A DNA stretch of 56,322 nt. Source: a bacterium (GTDB taxonomy: Bacteria; JAJRZV01). The notes beneath the pieces are model-generated. The model searched no databases, was not told the DNA's origin, and saw only the letters and a list, made by a program, of their open reading frames with translations. Below are positions 8,573 to 17,117 of this stretch, in pieces. A program made the translations under genes and the position numbers. The stretch lies in NCBI GenBank assembly GCA_024275095.1, contig JAJRZV010000074.1, positions 1 through 56,322 on the forward strand, given 5' to 3'. Position 1 is the first letter of the stretch; the number at the start of each line of letters is the position of its first letter.

Positions 8573-9952
8573 ATGAATGAAAGACCTTACTGGAACATGA
8601 AAATTGAACCCCTGCTTAACACACCTGACATCATTCCCATTCAACAAAAAAATATGCAACAGACACTGGAGGATCTGTATCATAACGCACCTTACTGGAG
8701 AAAAAGGTTCGATGAGTTGAAAGTCAAGCCTGAACAGATAAAAACGACTGACGACCTTGCCAGCGCATTTCCTCCACTCACAAAAGACGATGTTCGTGCA
8801 GCCATGATGGAATTTATGGGTGAGGCCGGACCAAGAGGTGCTGTTGAGGGATTTATGCCAGCGAGCATATCCGACCTCGTGCTCATGTGTACCACCTCTG
8901 GAACAACGGGAGAACCAACCCCCTACTTCTTTACCCAGAGAGACCTGGAGCTCTGGTACGAAAGCATCAGCCGTGCTTTCTGGCGGGCCGGGCTCAGGCC
9001 GGGAATGGTCGTCATACATGCCATGGCCCTCAGTATGTTCGCTGCAGGTGTTCCCGGTGTTCAGGCGCTGGAGCATTTCGGAGCACTGGCTATACCAATG
9101 GGCGCGGAAGCAGGTTCCGAGAGACTTCTTTCCTTTGCCCGACTTTACAGTGCCCTCATCGGTATAGACGGGATTGTATGCACTCCATCCTATGCAGAAT
9201 ACCTCATAGAAAAAGCACCAGAGGTCATTGGAGACAGCCTGACCTCGATTGGTATCAAAGTGGTTTTCTGCGGAGGTGAGCCCGGTGCAGGAATTCCTGA
9301 AGTGCGGAAAAAAATCATGGAAGGTTTCGGGGCAAAGGTGTTCGATGCCATGGGCATGGGACCGATCCTGTGGGCTTCATGTGACCATGAAGAATACCAG
9401 GGGATGCACTTCGTAACAGAAGACACCTGCATTCTTGAGCTGGTTGACCCTGAAACAAAAGAATGCATTCCCGTGGAAGATGGAGCTGAAGGAGCAATTG
9501 TTCTCACCCCACTGCTGAGCAAAGGGCTTTCGGTTATTCGACACATTGTCGGTGATGTGGCCCGTATAGAAACATCACCGTGCCCATGCGGCAAAACCGG
9601 CAAACGCGTAAGAATTATCGGGCGTGTGGATGATATGCTGAAAGTCAAAGGAGTTATGGTTTACCCTGCAGCCATTGACGGAGTGATCGCGTCATTCGTC
9701 CCCCGGGTTACAGGTGAATTCAGAATCGTGCTTACTGAACCACCACCGCGCGTAACTCCGCCACTCAAGCTCAAAGTAGAATACGGTGAAGGTATAAGCG
9801 AAGAAGAACTACCTGCGCTGGCGAAGGAAATCGCTGATAAGATGCACGACAGGCTCAGGATTCGCCCGGAAATCCAGTGGGTTCCGCCTAAAACGCTTGA
9901 ACGCTCTGTCCATAAGACCCGGTTTATCGAAAAGGCTTACGAGAAGAAATAA
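8573..9952 (+). CDS. Phenylacetate-CoA ligase (PaaK) family adenylate-forming enzyme
   Basis: TTSGTTGEPT P-loop, GGEPG, GD...CPCG...IIGRVDDMLKVKGVMVYP. Confidence 0.88.
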   Translation: MNERPYWNMKIEPLLNTPDIIPIQQKNMQQTLEDLYHNAPYWRKRFDELKVKPEQIKTTDDLASAFPPLTKDDVRAAMMEFMGEAGPRGAVEGFMPASISDLVLMCTTSGTTGEPTPYFFTQRDLELWYESISRAFWRAGLRPGMVVIHAMALSMFAAGVPGVQALEHFGALAIPMGAEAGSERLLSFARLYSALIGIDGIVCTPSYAEYLIEKAPEVIGDSLTSIGIKVVFCGGEPGAGIPEVRKKIMEGFGAKVFDAMGMGPILWASCDHEEYQGMHFVTEDTCILELVDPETKECIPVEDGAEGAIVLTPLLSKGLSVIRHIVGDVARIETSPCPCGKTGKRVRIIGRVDDMLKVKGVMVYPAAIDGVIASFVPRVTGEFRIVLTEPPPRVTPPLKLKVEYGEGISEEELPALAKEIADKMHDRLRIRPEIQWVPPKTLERSVHKTRFIEKAYEKK

Positions 9953-9984
9953 GAATTAAACACTATTCAGGTCAGGAGAAACCA

Positions 9985-10407
9985 ATGAAAGCAAAACCCC
10001 GAGGGATACCCGTAGTAAAAAAGTTTTTCAGGGAGACTCCGGAGGGTATAGAAGTTATTGCTTCACGCTGTTCCCGGTGTGGTTCGTATTTTTTTCCTGT
10101 GAAAAAAGTGTGTCCTCACTGTCTTGACGAAACGATGGAGGAAGTACCAATTTCTGGTAAGGGAACACTCATTTCCTTTTCCGTTTCGTATGATGGACTT
10201 CGGGGAATCAAACCACCTTATGCTTTCGGATATGTAAAGCTGAAAGAAGGGTTTATGCTTTTTTCTCTCCTTACGGATTGCGAACCGTTTGAAGAAAAGC
10301 TCAAAATCGGAATGCCGGTGGAAATGGTGATAGAAGAAATGGGTGAAGATTTTTACGGAAACGTTCTGTATACCTACAAGTTCAGGCCGTCGGAGGATCA
10401 GTCATGA
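9985..10407 (+). CDS. DUF35 Zn-ribbon/OB-fold protein (thiolase partner, BbsA/ChsH2-like)
   Basis: CxxC...CxxC rubredoxin-like motif followed by OB fold; overlaps the thiolase start. Confidence 0.88.
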   Translation: MKAKPRGIPVVKKFFRETPEGIEVIASRCSRCGSYFFPVKKVCPHCLDETMEEVPISGKGTLISFSVSYDGLRGIKPPYAFGYVKLKEGFMLFSLLTDCEPFEEKLKIGMPVEMVIEEMGEDFYGNVLYTYKFRPSEDQS

Positions 10408-11564
10408 GAAAAACAGCTGTGGTGGGGGCAGCTCAAACCCCCTTTGGAAAACTTTACGAGCGTGATACACGTGACCTTGCAGAAGAGGCTGTGTTCAAGG
10501 CACTGAAGGATGCCGGCGCCCGTCCCTCTGATATCCAGGTTGCATTTGTAGGCAGCGGTGGAATGGATCCCACCACTCCCATGATGATAGGCCAGATAGC
10601 TCTTGAACAACTGGGAATCAAAGGTATTCCCATTACACGTGTGGAAAATGCATGTGCAAGTGGCTCCAATGCCTTCCACCTTGCCTGGCTGGCAGTGCAA
10701 ACCGGCATGTACGATGTTGCCCTTGCCCTGGGCGTAGAAAAAATGTCCACACCAACACCTGAACAGGCTCGCATGGCCATGCGACTTGGTGGCGGAGATG
10801 CACTTCTCGAAGGCTCCATGGGGCTATTTCCACCTGGTATATTCGCCATGATCGCTCAAATTTATATGGAAAAGTACGACTGCCGCCGTGAAGACCTTGC
10901 CATGATATCTGTCAAAAATCACAAACACGCTTCTCTTAATCCACTGGCTCAATATCAAAAAGAAGTGACTCTCGAGGAGGTAATGAATTCACGGCAGGTC
11001 GCTTATCCCCTTGGGGTGCTGGATTGCTGCCCCATCTCTGACGGAGCTGCATGCGCCATCATTGCCTCCGAAGACGCTGTTAAACGCTTTTCCAGCAAGC
11101 CTGTATGGATCAGAGCTTCTGTACAGGTTTCAGGAACATATGAGGACCTCGATGACCTTCGTCCTGACACCACACAACGTGCAGGATTTCAGGCATATGA
11201 AATGGCGGGTGTGGGCCCGGAAGATATTGATCTCGCCGAGGTGCACGATTGTTTTACATTTGCAGAAATCATGCATTACGAGGACCTGGGATTCTGCAAC
11301 CTGGGCGAAGGAGCCAGGTATATACGAGAGGGCAAACCATTCCTGGGCAGGGAAAAGCCTGTCAATACATCAGGTGGACTGCTTGCAAAAGGACATCCTC
11401 TCGCTGCGACAGGAATCGCCCAGGTATATGAAATTGTACAGCAACTCAGAGGACAGGCGGGACCCAGGCAGGTGGAAGGTGCACGCATAGGACTTACGCA
11501 CAACGGAGGCGGCTTTCGCCACGGAGACGTTGGGATAGTCACGGTTCATATACTGGAAAGGTGA
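10404..11564 (+). CDS. SCP-x type thiolase family protein
   Basis: ENACASG, EVHDCF, GGLLAKGHPLAATG, HNGGG. Confidence 0.9.
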   Translation: MRKTAVVGAAQTPFGKLYERDTRDLAEEAVFKALKDAGARPSDIQVAFVGSGGMDPTTPMMIGQIALEQLGIKGIPITRVENACASGSNAFHLAWLAVQTGMYDVALALGVEKMSTPTPEQARMAMRLGGGDALLEGSMGLFPPGIFAMIAQIYMEKYDCRREDLAMISVKNHKHASLNPLAQYQKEVTLEEVMNSRQVAYPLGVLDCCPISDGAACAIIASEDAVKRFSSKPVWIRASVQVSGTYEDLDDLRPDTTQRAGFQAYEMAGVGPEDIDLAEVHDCFTFAEIMHYEDLGFCNLGEGARYIREGKPFLGREKPVNTSGGLLAKGHPLAATGIAQVYEIVQQLRGQAGPRQVEGARIGLTHNGGGFRHGDVGIVTVHILER

Positions 11565-11576
11565 TAAAGGTGATGT

Positions 11577-11888
11577 TCAGCGTAATATAGCCACCATTAT
11601 GGCCAGAAAGGTGGTGATCTGGATGCCGATAATCCAGAGAAAAAACCGAGAGAACTTCAAATCTAAACTATCCACTCTTGCTTCAAGACGAACAATGCGA
11701 GCTGATAATTCCTCGCGGTACCTTTCCACCTTCAGTTCAAGGGAGTATATTCGCTGTGAGAGCTCTTCCTTGTTTCGATCTGTTTTACCATCCATTGCCA
11801 ACACCAGATCCTTCAGGTCCTCCCAGGCATGAGAATGCTCTGTGACACGCCCTTCAAGATAAGCACCACGTTCCTCCAGCGTGGGCAT
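11577..11888 (-). CDS. Small coiled-coil protein with C-terminal TM helix (CCDC90/DUF1640-like)
   Basis: LEERxAYLEG, heptad repeats, WIIGIQITTFLAIM tail; AGGAGGGG RBS. Confidence 0.7.
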   Translation of the reverse strand: MPTLEERGAYLEGRVTEHSHAWEDLKDLVLAMDGKTDRNKEELSQRIYSLELKVERYREELSARIVRLEARVDSLDLKFSRFFLWIIGIQITTFLAIMVAILR

Positions 11889-11962
11889 TTTCTACCCCTC
11901 CTTTTTAAAACCAATATTTCTTCATATGAAGCGATTTAATATATGACGAAGGAGGTGCATGA

Positions 11963-12715
11963 ATGAAACTTGAAAATCGTATCGCCATTGTTACAGGCGC
12001 TGGTTCCGGAATCGGCCGGTCCATAGCCCTCGCCTTTGCCCGGGAAGGAGCGTCTGTACTTATTGCCGAAATTGATGAAGAAAAAGGTAAACAGGTGGAA
12101 AAGGAAATCCACAACTCTGGAAAAAGAGCGCTTTTTGTGCGCACAGATGTTGCCTCCCTGAGTGACATTAAGGAAGCTGTACAGGCATGTGTGAATTCCC
12201 TGGGTCCCCCTGACATTCTCGTGAATAATGCAGGTGTTGAATTTATGGGTACCATAGATTCATTTACAGAAGAGCAATTTGACAGGCTCATCGGTGTTAA
12301 CCTCAAAGGGGCCTTTTTCTTTTCAGCCCGGGTAATAGAACACATGCGTCAGAAGGGAAAAGGCAAAATTATTAACATCTCTTCAGTAGCAGCGTTCTGC
12401 GGTGCACCTCTTCTGAGCCTCTACTCCTCCTCAAAAGGTGGTCTTGTAGGTCTCACAAAGGCACTGGCGGTGGAGCTTGCACCCATGAAAATTACTGTTA
12501 ACGCCATTTGCCCGGGATTCATTGAAACAAACATGACCGCCCTTTATCTTTCAGTAGAAGAGGTGAAGAAAGAGGTACTGTCGCGCACACCCCTTGAGCG
12601 CATCGGCGATCCCGAAAAGGATATCGCACCGCTTGCTGTGTATCTTGCCTCAGATGATTCAGATTTTATAACAGGCCAAGCGTTCATCGTGGATGGAGGA
12701 TTTTCCGTGCTGTAA
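11963..12715 (+). CDS. Short-chain dehydrogenase/reductase (FabG-like)
   Basis: TGAGSGIG, NNAG, YSSSK catalytic motif. Confidence 0.92.
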   Translation: MKLENRIAIVTGAGSGIGRSIALAFAREGASVLIAEIDEEKGKQVEKEIHNSGKRALFVRTDVASLSDIKEAVQACVNSLGPPDILVNNAGVEFMGTIDSFTEEQFDRLIGVNLKGAFFFSARVIEHMRQKGKGKIINISSVAAFCGAPLLSLYSSSKGGLVGLTKALAVELAPMKITVNAICPGFIETNMTALYLSVEEVKKEVLSRTPLERIGDPEKDIAPLAVYLASDDSDFITGQAFIVDGGFSVL

Positions 12716-12724
12716 TTAAAAAAC

Positions 12725-12762
12725 GTTCGCGTCAACCGGAACTTCAGCCCGTTGACGCGAAC
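12725..12762 (+). terminator. 12-bp perfect hairpin after the SDR gene (possible terminator or mRNA-stabilising stem)
   Basis: GTTCGCGTCAAC-14 nt-GTTGACGCGAAC; no strong U-tract. Confidence 0.5.
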
Positions 12763-12848
12763 TGTACAAAGCTGACACCTGCAACTTTTTCATTCTTCAA
12801 TTGTTATAAAAAGTGAAAACACACAAAAAGCACATAGGAGGTGCAGTC

Positions 12849-14078
12849 ATGAGTAAGTGGAAAATGTTTGCAGGAGCTGGGGTTATGCTTTCGCTGGGGA
12901 TTCTCATTGCAGCCTGCGGGGGCGAGAAACTTGCAGATGTATCAGGCGATGATGCTGTCAGTTACGTCAGCGATACGATGGAACTCCTGGATCCAGCCGA
13001 ATACTCCGAAATGCTCGGTACATGGAGCCCCCAAAGCGAACTTCAGCTGGCACCCCTGGCAGTTGATGACCCGGTGCTGGCAGAAGCACGAAAAGTCCTC
13101 GTGTTCCTCAACCCCAATATCATACGCCGCAGAGGTGACCTCCTTCGCGCAATAGAGGCTCCACTCCACATCGCACGCTACTTCGGCGCGCTTTACAAAG
13201 CCGGCGATGCAGAATGCCTCCAGCAGGTCTCAGGAATCGAGGATTGCGCTGCCTCAATACTCACATCCGGTGAATGCATCATCGAATACGCAACTACCAC
13301 TACCGGCTGCTCCGCAGAAATCTACGTGGCCGGCGCCTCTCACACCATTACCCTTACCGGGGATCTCAGCGTAACCATCTCCCCTCTTTCCGAAAACAGC
13401 TTTAAAGTCACCGCCGTGCCAGAGAACCTCAAAGTCACAGGAGACGATGGTAGATACCTCATATACAACGGTACCGTCACCAAAACCATCACACTCACAC
13501 CTGACAGAACCGGACACACCTCCGTGCTCGTGGCAAACGGCCTCACCATCGAAGACTCCGCCGGCGCTGTAGGCACCGCTGACGGCGTCAGGACAGTCAA
13601 CGTGATCTACGACCAGTCTTTTGAAGCTCATAACGTGGGGACCCTCACCTATACCCCTCCCGATGGTGGTGAAACCGTTGTAATCCAAGTAGATATACTC
13701 AGACAGGTCACGATTGATGGAGATACCAGAACAATCCACGTGGAAGATAAAGTCACCACAAACGGTGTCGAAAGAACAAGAACTCTCGACATCACCATCG
13801 AAGGCATGTTCACAGAAGGAGACATGCTTCAAGAACTGGTGGTCAACGGCACCGCATCCTTCAGCGGTCCAAGAGGTGAAGCAAACATCACCTTTACTGA
13901 CCTCACCATCGACGTCACCTGCCCTCACAATCCTGTAGGAGGAACCATCGAAATATCAGGAAAACGTACCATCACCATCACTTTTGCTGAAAACTGCTCA
14001 TGCCAAGCCACCCTCACATGGGATGACGGAACCGTAGAGGAAATCAACTCCTGTAACCAGCGATCACTGAGGCGCTGA
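12849..14078 (+). CDS. Beta-rich, Thr-rich lipoprotein of unknown function
   Basis: AGGAGG RBS, signal peptide with LIAA-C lipobox, paired cysteines. Confidence 0.75.
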   Translation: MSKWKMFAGAGVMLSLGILIAACGGEKLADVSGDDAVSYVSDTMELLDPAEYSEMLGTWSPQSELQLAPLAVDDPVLAEARKVLVFLNPNIIRRRGDLLRAIEAPLHIARYFGALYKAGDAECLQQVSGIEDCAASILTSGECIIEYATTTTGCSAEIYVAGASHTITLTGDLSVTISPLSENSFKVTAVPENLKVTGDDGRYLIYNGTVTKTITLTPDRTGHTSVLVANGLTIEDSAGAVGTADGVRTVNVIYDQSFEAHNVGTLTYTPPDGGETVVIQVDILRQVTIDGDTRTIHVEDKVTTNGVERTRTLDITIEGMFTEGDMLQELVVNGTASFSGPRGEANITFTDLTIDVTCPHNPVGGTIEISGKRTITITFAENCSCQATLTWDDGTVEEINSCNQRSLRR

Positions 14079-14113
14079 TGCGCTGATCGGGTTTAAAGCA
14101 TGGATACTCCGTA

Positions 14114-14142
14114 GGGGGGCGGGGTCCCGCCCCCCTTTTTTT
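14114..14142 (+). terminator. Rho-independent terminator
   Basis: GGGGGGCGGG-GT-CCCGCCCCCC hairpin followed by T7, between convergent genes. Confidence 0.85.
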
Positions 14143-14157
14143 CATATCAGGCCTGTG

Positions 14158-15327
14158 TTAATTTTCTATTCTTTCGATAATTGTGATAGGTGCCATGCCT
14201 CCACCAGTACACAGTGTCACCATTCCATAACGTCCACCGATTCTCTCCAGCTCGTAAAGCGCCTTCGTTACGAGTATGGCACCTGTGGCTCCCAGGGGAT
14301 GACCCAGAGCGATAGCTCCACCATTGGGGTTCACCTTTTCCCAATCAGGGTTAATCTCTTTTCCCCACGCAAGAGGTACAGATGCAAAGGCCTCGTTAAT
14401 CTCAATGACATCCATGTCGTTGATGGAAAACCCCGTCTTCTGGAGAATCTTTTTTGTAGCCGGTATAGGACCGGTAAGCATCATTACGGGGTCGTCGGCT
14501 GCCACATCCATGGCCACAATTCTGGCACGTGGCTTTAAGCCAAGTTTCTCAGCTTTTTGTCTTGTCATAATAAGCACCGCTGCCGCGCCATCGCTTATCT
14601 GGCTGGAGTTGCCCGCTGTAATTTTGCCGTCGGGTTTAAACGCAGGCTGAAGCGCCCCTAACTTCTCCATTGACGTGTCAAACCTCACGCCCTCATCGGT
14701 ATCCATTAATTCCTTCGTCCCATCGTCCAGTGTTACTTCCAAGGGTACAATCTGAGATTTAAAACGTCCTTCTTCTATGGCCCTCGCCGCCTTTCTGTGG
14801 CTCTCCAGGCTGAATGCATCCAGCTCCTCGCGTGAAAGTCCCCACTTGTCTGCGACCATTTCCGCTGAAAGACCCTGCGGCACGATATTGAACCGTTCTG
14901 AAACCTTTGATGCAAAAGGATTGCCTCCAACAGCGATGTTGGTACCCATGGGCACGCGATCCATGCTCTCCACACCTGCCGCGAGAATACAATCGTGAAC
15001 TCCTGACATGACAGCCATAGCAGCGAGGTTTACAGTGGTGAGACTCGAACCACACTGCCTGTCAACACTGATTCCGGGAACCTCAACAGGCAGGCCAGCA
15101 GCAAGAACGGCGTTGCGGCCAATATCAAGTGCCTGGTCACCCACCTGAGACACGCATCCCATGTACACATCTTCAATTTCCAGAGGGTCTATCCCTGTAC
15201 GTTGCACAATTTCCCGGAGGACAACCGCTGCCATGTCAACCGGATGATAATTCTTGAGTTTGCCTTTACGTCTTCCAACAGGTGTTCTTACTGCTTCAAC
15301 GATTACAGCTTCTCTTCCCGTATTCAT
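14158..15327 (-). CDS. Acetyl-CoA C-acyltransferase (canonical thiolase)
   Basis: RQCGSS, NEAFA, GHPLGATG, CTGGG motifs. Confidence 0.93.
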   Translation of the reverse strand: MNTGREAVIVEAVRTPVGRRKGKLKNYHPVDMAAVVLREIVQRTGIDPLEIEDVYMGCVSQVGDQALDIGRNAVLAAGLPVEVPGISVDRQCGSSLTTVNLAAMAVMSGVHDCILAAGVESMDRVPMGTNIAVGGNPFASKVSERFNIVPQGLSAEMVADKWGLSREELDAFSLESHRKAARAIEEGRFKSQIVPLEVTLDDGTKELMDTDEGVRFDTSMEKLGALQPAFKPDGKITAGNSSQISDGAAAVLIMTRQKAEKLGLKPRARIVAMDVAADDPVMMLTGPIPATKKILQKTGFSINDMDVIEINEAFASVPLAWGKEINPDWEKVNPNGGAIALGHPLGATGAILVTKALYELERIGGRYGMVTLCTGGGMAPITIIERIEN

Positions 15328-15521
15328 TGAAAACCTCCTTCAAAGGTATATTAAAGAAATACCAATAATAACACCGGGAAATAACAATGCAAAGTTTTTA
15401 CAACAGCATGTTTTATAAATATTTTTGAAACATACAATACAAAACTCGAACAAAATGGAGATTTTCCATCCAACATTCAAGCATCACCAATCCCGGATCC
15501 TGAAAGACAACCCGACCTCCA

Positions 15522-15702
15522 CCAGTCACTGCGAGGAATATCATCGTGACCCCGCCGTCTTTTATCCTGTTATTGCGAATCCTGCTTTGGCAGCACGAAG
15601 CAATTCCCGGTGCATGCTCCAGCACATCAATAAGGCGTGTTTGAAACCCGGGATTGCTTCGCTCATCCCCTGCAATGCAGGAAAGTTGCTCGCAATGACT
15701 GG
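15522..15702. repeat. REP-like nested palindrome cluster (GTCA(C/T)TGCGAG ... GAAGCAAT / GATTGCTTC ... CTCGCAATGAC)
   Basis: CCAGTCACTGCGAG / CTCGCAATGACTGG outer arms; CGAAGCAATTCCCGG / CCCGGGATTGCTTCG inner arms. Confidence 0.8.
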
Positions 15703-15724
15703 CAGATGGGGAATATAAAAAATA

Positions 15725-15820
15725 GCGTGAATTATATGCTCGCTCCGCTCGCCCACTGCCTCACGGCAGTTCGAATCCCACCACACAGTTGATAATTTAG
15801 ACAATATTCACGCCTGATCC
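15725..15820 (-). repeat. tRNA-linked structured element (tRIP-like), copy 2
   Basis: On the minus strand: CAGGCGTGA, 14-nt reverse complement of the tRNA-Ser T-arm, ACTGCC-GTGA-GGCAGT hairpin, GAGCGAG, TTCACG. Confidence 0.7.
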
Positions 15821-15841
15821 TTCGTGGATAACTGCCCGTTA

Positions 15842-15930
15842 CAGAGGGGGTGGGATTCGAACCCACGATCCCCGGGTAAGGGGATACACGCTCTCCAGGC
15901 GTGCGCCTTCGTCCACTCGGCCACCCCTCC
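15842..15930 (-). tRNA. tRNA-Ser(GGA)
   Basis: GGAGGGG acceptor, CACGC-CTGGAGA-GCGTG anticodon arm, long variable arm, GTGGG-TTCGAAT-CCCAC T-arm, G discriminator; no CCA. Confidence 0.96.
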
Positions 15931-16157
15931 GGCTGTTTCAGAACATTATAAAAATAGCAGAGCGGCTGCGATTTTTCCAGGGACACTTCCCCGGATAACA
16001 CACCCTGCCAGTAAATAACCAAGACAGTAAATACCCTTTCCCGTTGAAAAAAAGATTCGAAATGTCTCTAAAACATAACCCCTGCACCGAAACACCCCGC
16101 CTTGTCGGAGCTGATGAGATGTGGTTTAATTCAGAAAACACTTCTTCAGGAGCGGAA

Positions 16158-17117
16158 ATGCTGAAGGAAATCCGCAAAGGCGAAAAAGGTGCACTCGCCC
16201 GTGCCATCACCGAAATTGAAAGAGGGACCTCACAGGGACAGGAAATATTAAGCCAGCTGGACAAAGGATTTTTAAACGCATACGTCATCGGTATTACCGG
16301 ACCATCCGGGGCCGGTAAGTCCACCCTGCTGAATGCCCTGGCAAATGAATACGTGGCCTCAGGAGAAAAAGTGGCCATACTGGCGGTGGATCCCACCTCG
16401 CCTTTTTCCGGAGGCGCCCTTCTCGGTGACCGCCTGCGCATGAACTCTCTTGCACTGAATCCGTCTGTATTTATACGAAGTATTGGTTCACGAGGGCGAC
16501 AGGGCGGTATATGTCCCATGGCATCCGATATTATCCGGGTCATGGACGCTGCCGGTTACCCTCTCATCTTCGTGGAAACAGTTGGAATTGGACAGGCAGA
16601 GGTGGAAGTAATGGATATCGCAGATACCGTTGTACTCGTAATTACTCCTGATTACGGAGACGGAATTCAAACTCTCAAAGCCGGAGTCATGGAAATTGCA
16701 GACATTTTTGTAATCAACAAGGCCGACAAGTACGATGCTTCGGCATTCGCTTCCGAACTTCGTACAATTCTGGAAATGTCCCGCAACAACTCCAATCCGT
16801 GGCAGAAACCTGTCATAGTAGCCTCTGCTCGCCGTAAGGAAGGAATTAACGAACTCAAAGATGCAATTGAAGCCCACAAGAAATTTCTTACTGAAACAAA
16901 ACTACTCGAAAAGCAGCGCTTTCAGCGACGACTCAAGGAATTTGCAGGGTCACTCGCCTCTGCAATTTCACAAAATATTAAAGAAATGATCAGTGGCGGT
17001 GAGTTCAAGGACCTGGAAAAGCTTATCGCAGAGGGTGCTTCTTCATTACATATAAAAAAGCAGCTTGTAAAAAAACTCCTGGAGGATCCCGATGCTATTG
17101 AAAAAGTATTTGGTTAA
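16158..17117 (+). CDS. meaB: Methylmalonyl-CoA mutase-associated GTPase MeaB/ArgK
   Basis: GPSGAGKST, AVDPTSPFSGGALLGDRLRM, ETVGIGQ, NKAD; alternative start at 16119. Confidence 0.92.
   Translation: MLKEIRKGEKGALARAITEIERGTSQGQEILSQLDKGFLNAYVIGITGPSGAGKSTLLNALANEYVASGEKVAILAVDPTSPFSGGALLGDRLRMNSLALNPSVFIRSIGSRGRQGGICPMASDIIRVMDAAGYPLIFVETVGIGQAEVEVMDIADTVVLVITPDYGDGIQTLKAGVMEIADIFVINKADKYDASAFASELRTILEMSRNNSNPWQKPVIVASARRKEGINELKDAIEAHKKFLTETKLLEKQRFQRRLKEFAGSLASAISQNIKEMISGGEFKDLEKLIAEGASSLHIKKQLVKKLLEDPDAIEKVFG

Noticed and set aside
3831..15842. Genomic island bounded by tRNA-Arg and tRNA-Ser
   Set aside because: No integrase and no direct repeat of either tRNA 3' end; the T-arm copies are inverted and local
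15413..16022. Short ORFs across the REP cluster and tRNA-Ser
   Set aside because: Explained by repeats and the tRNA gene
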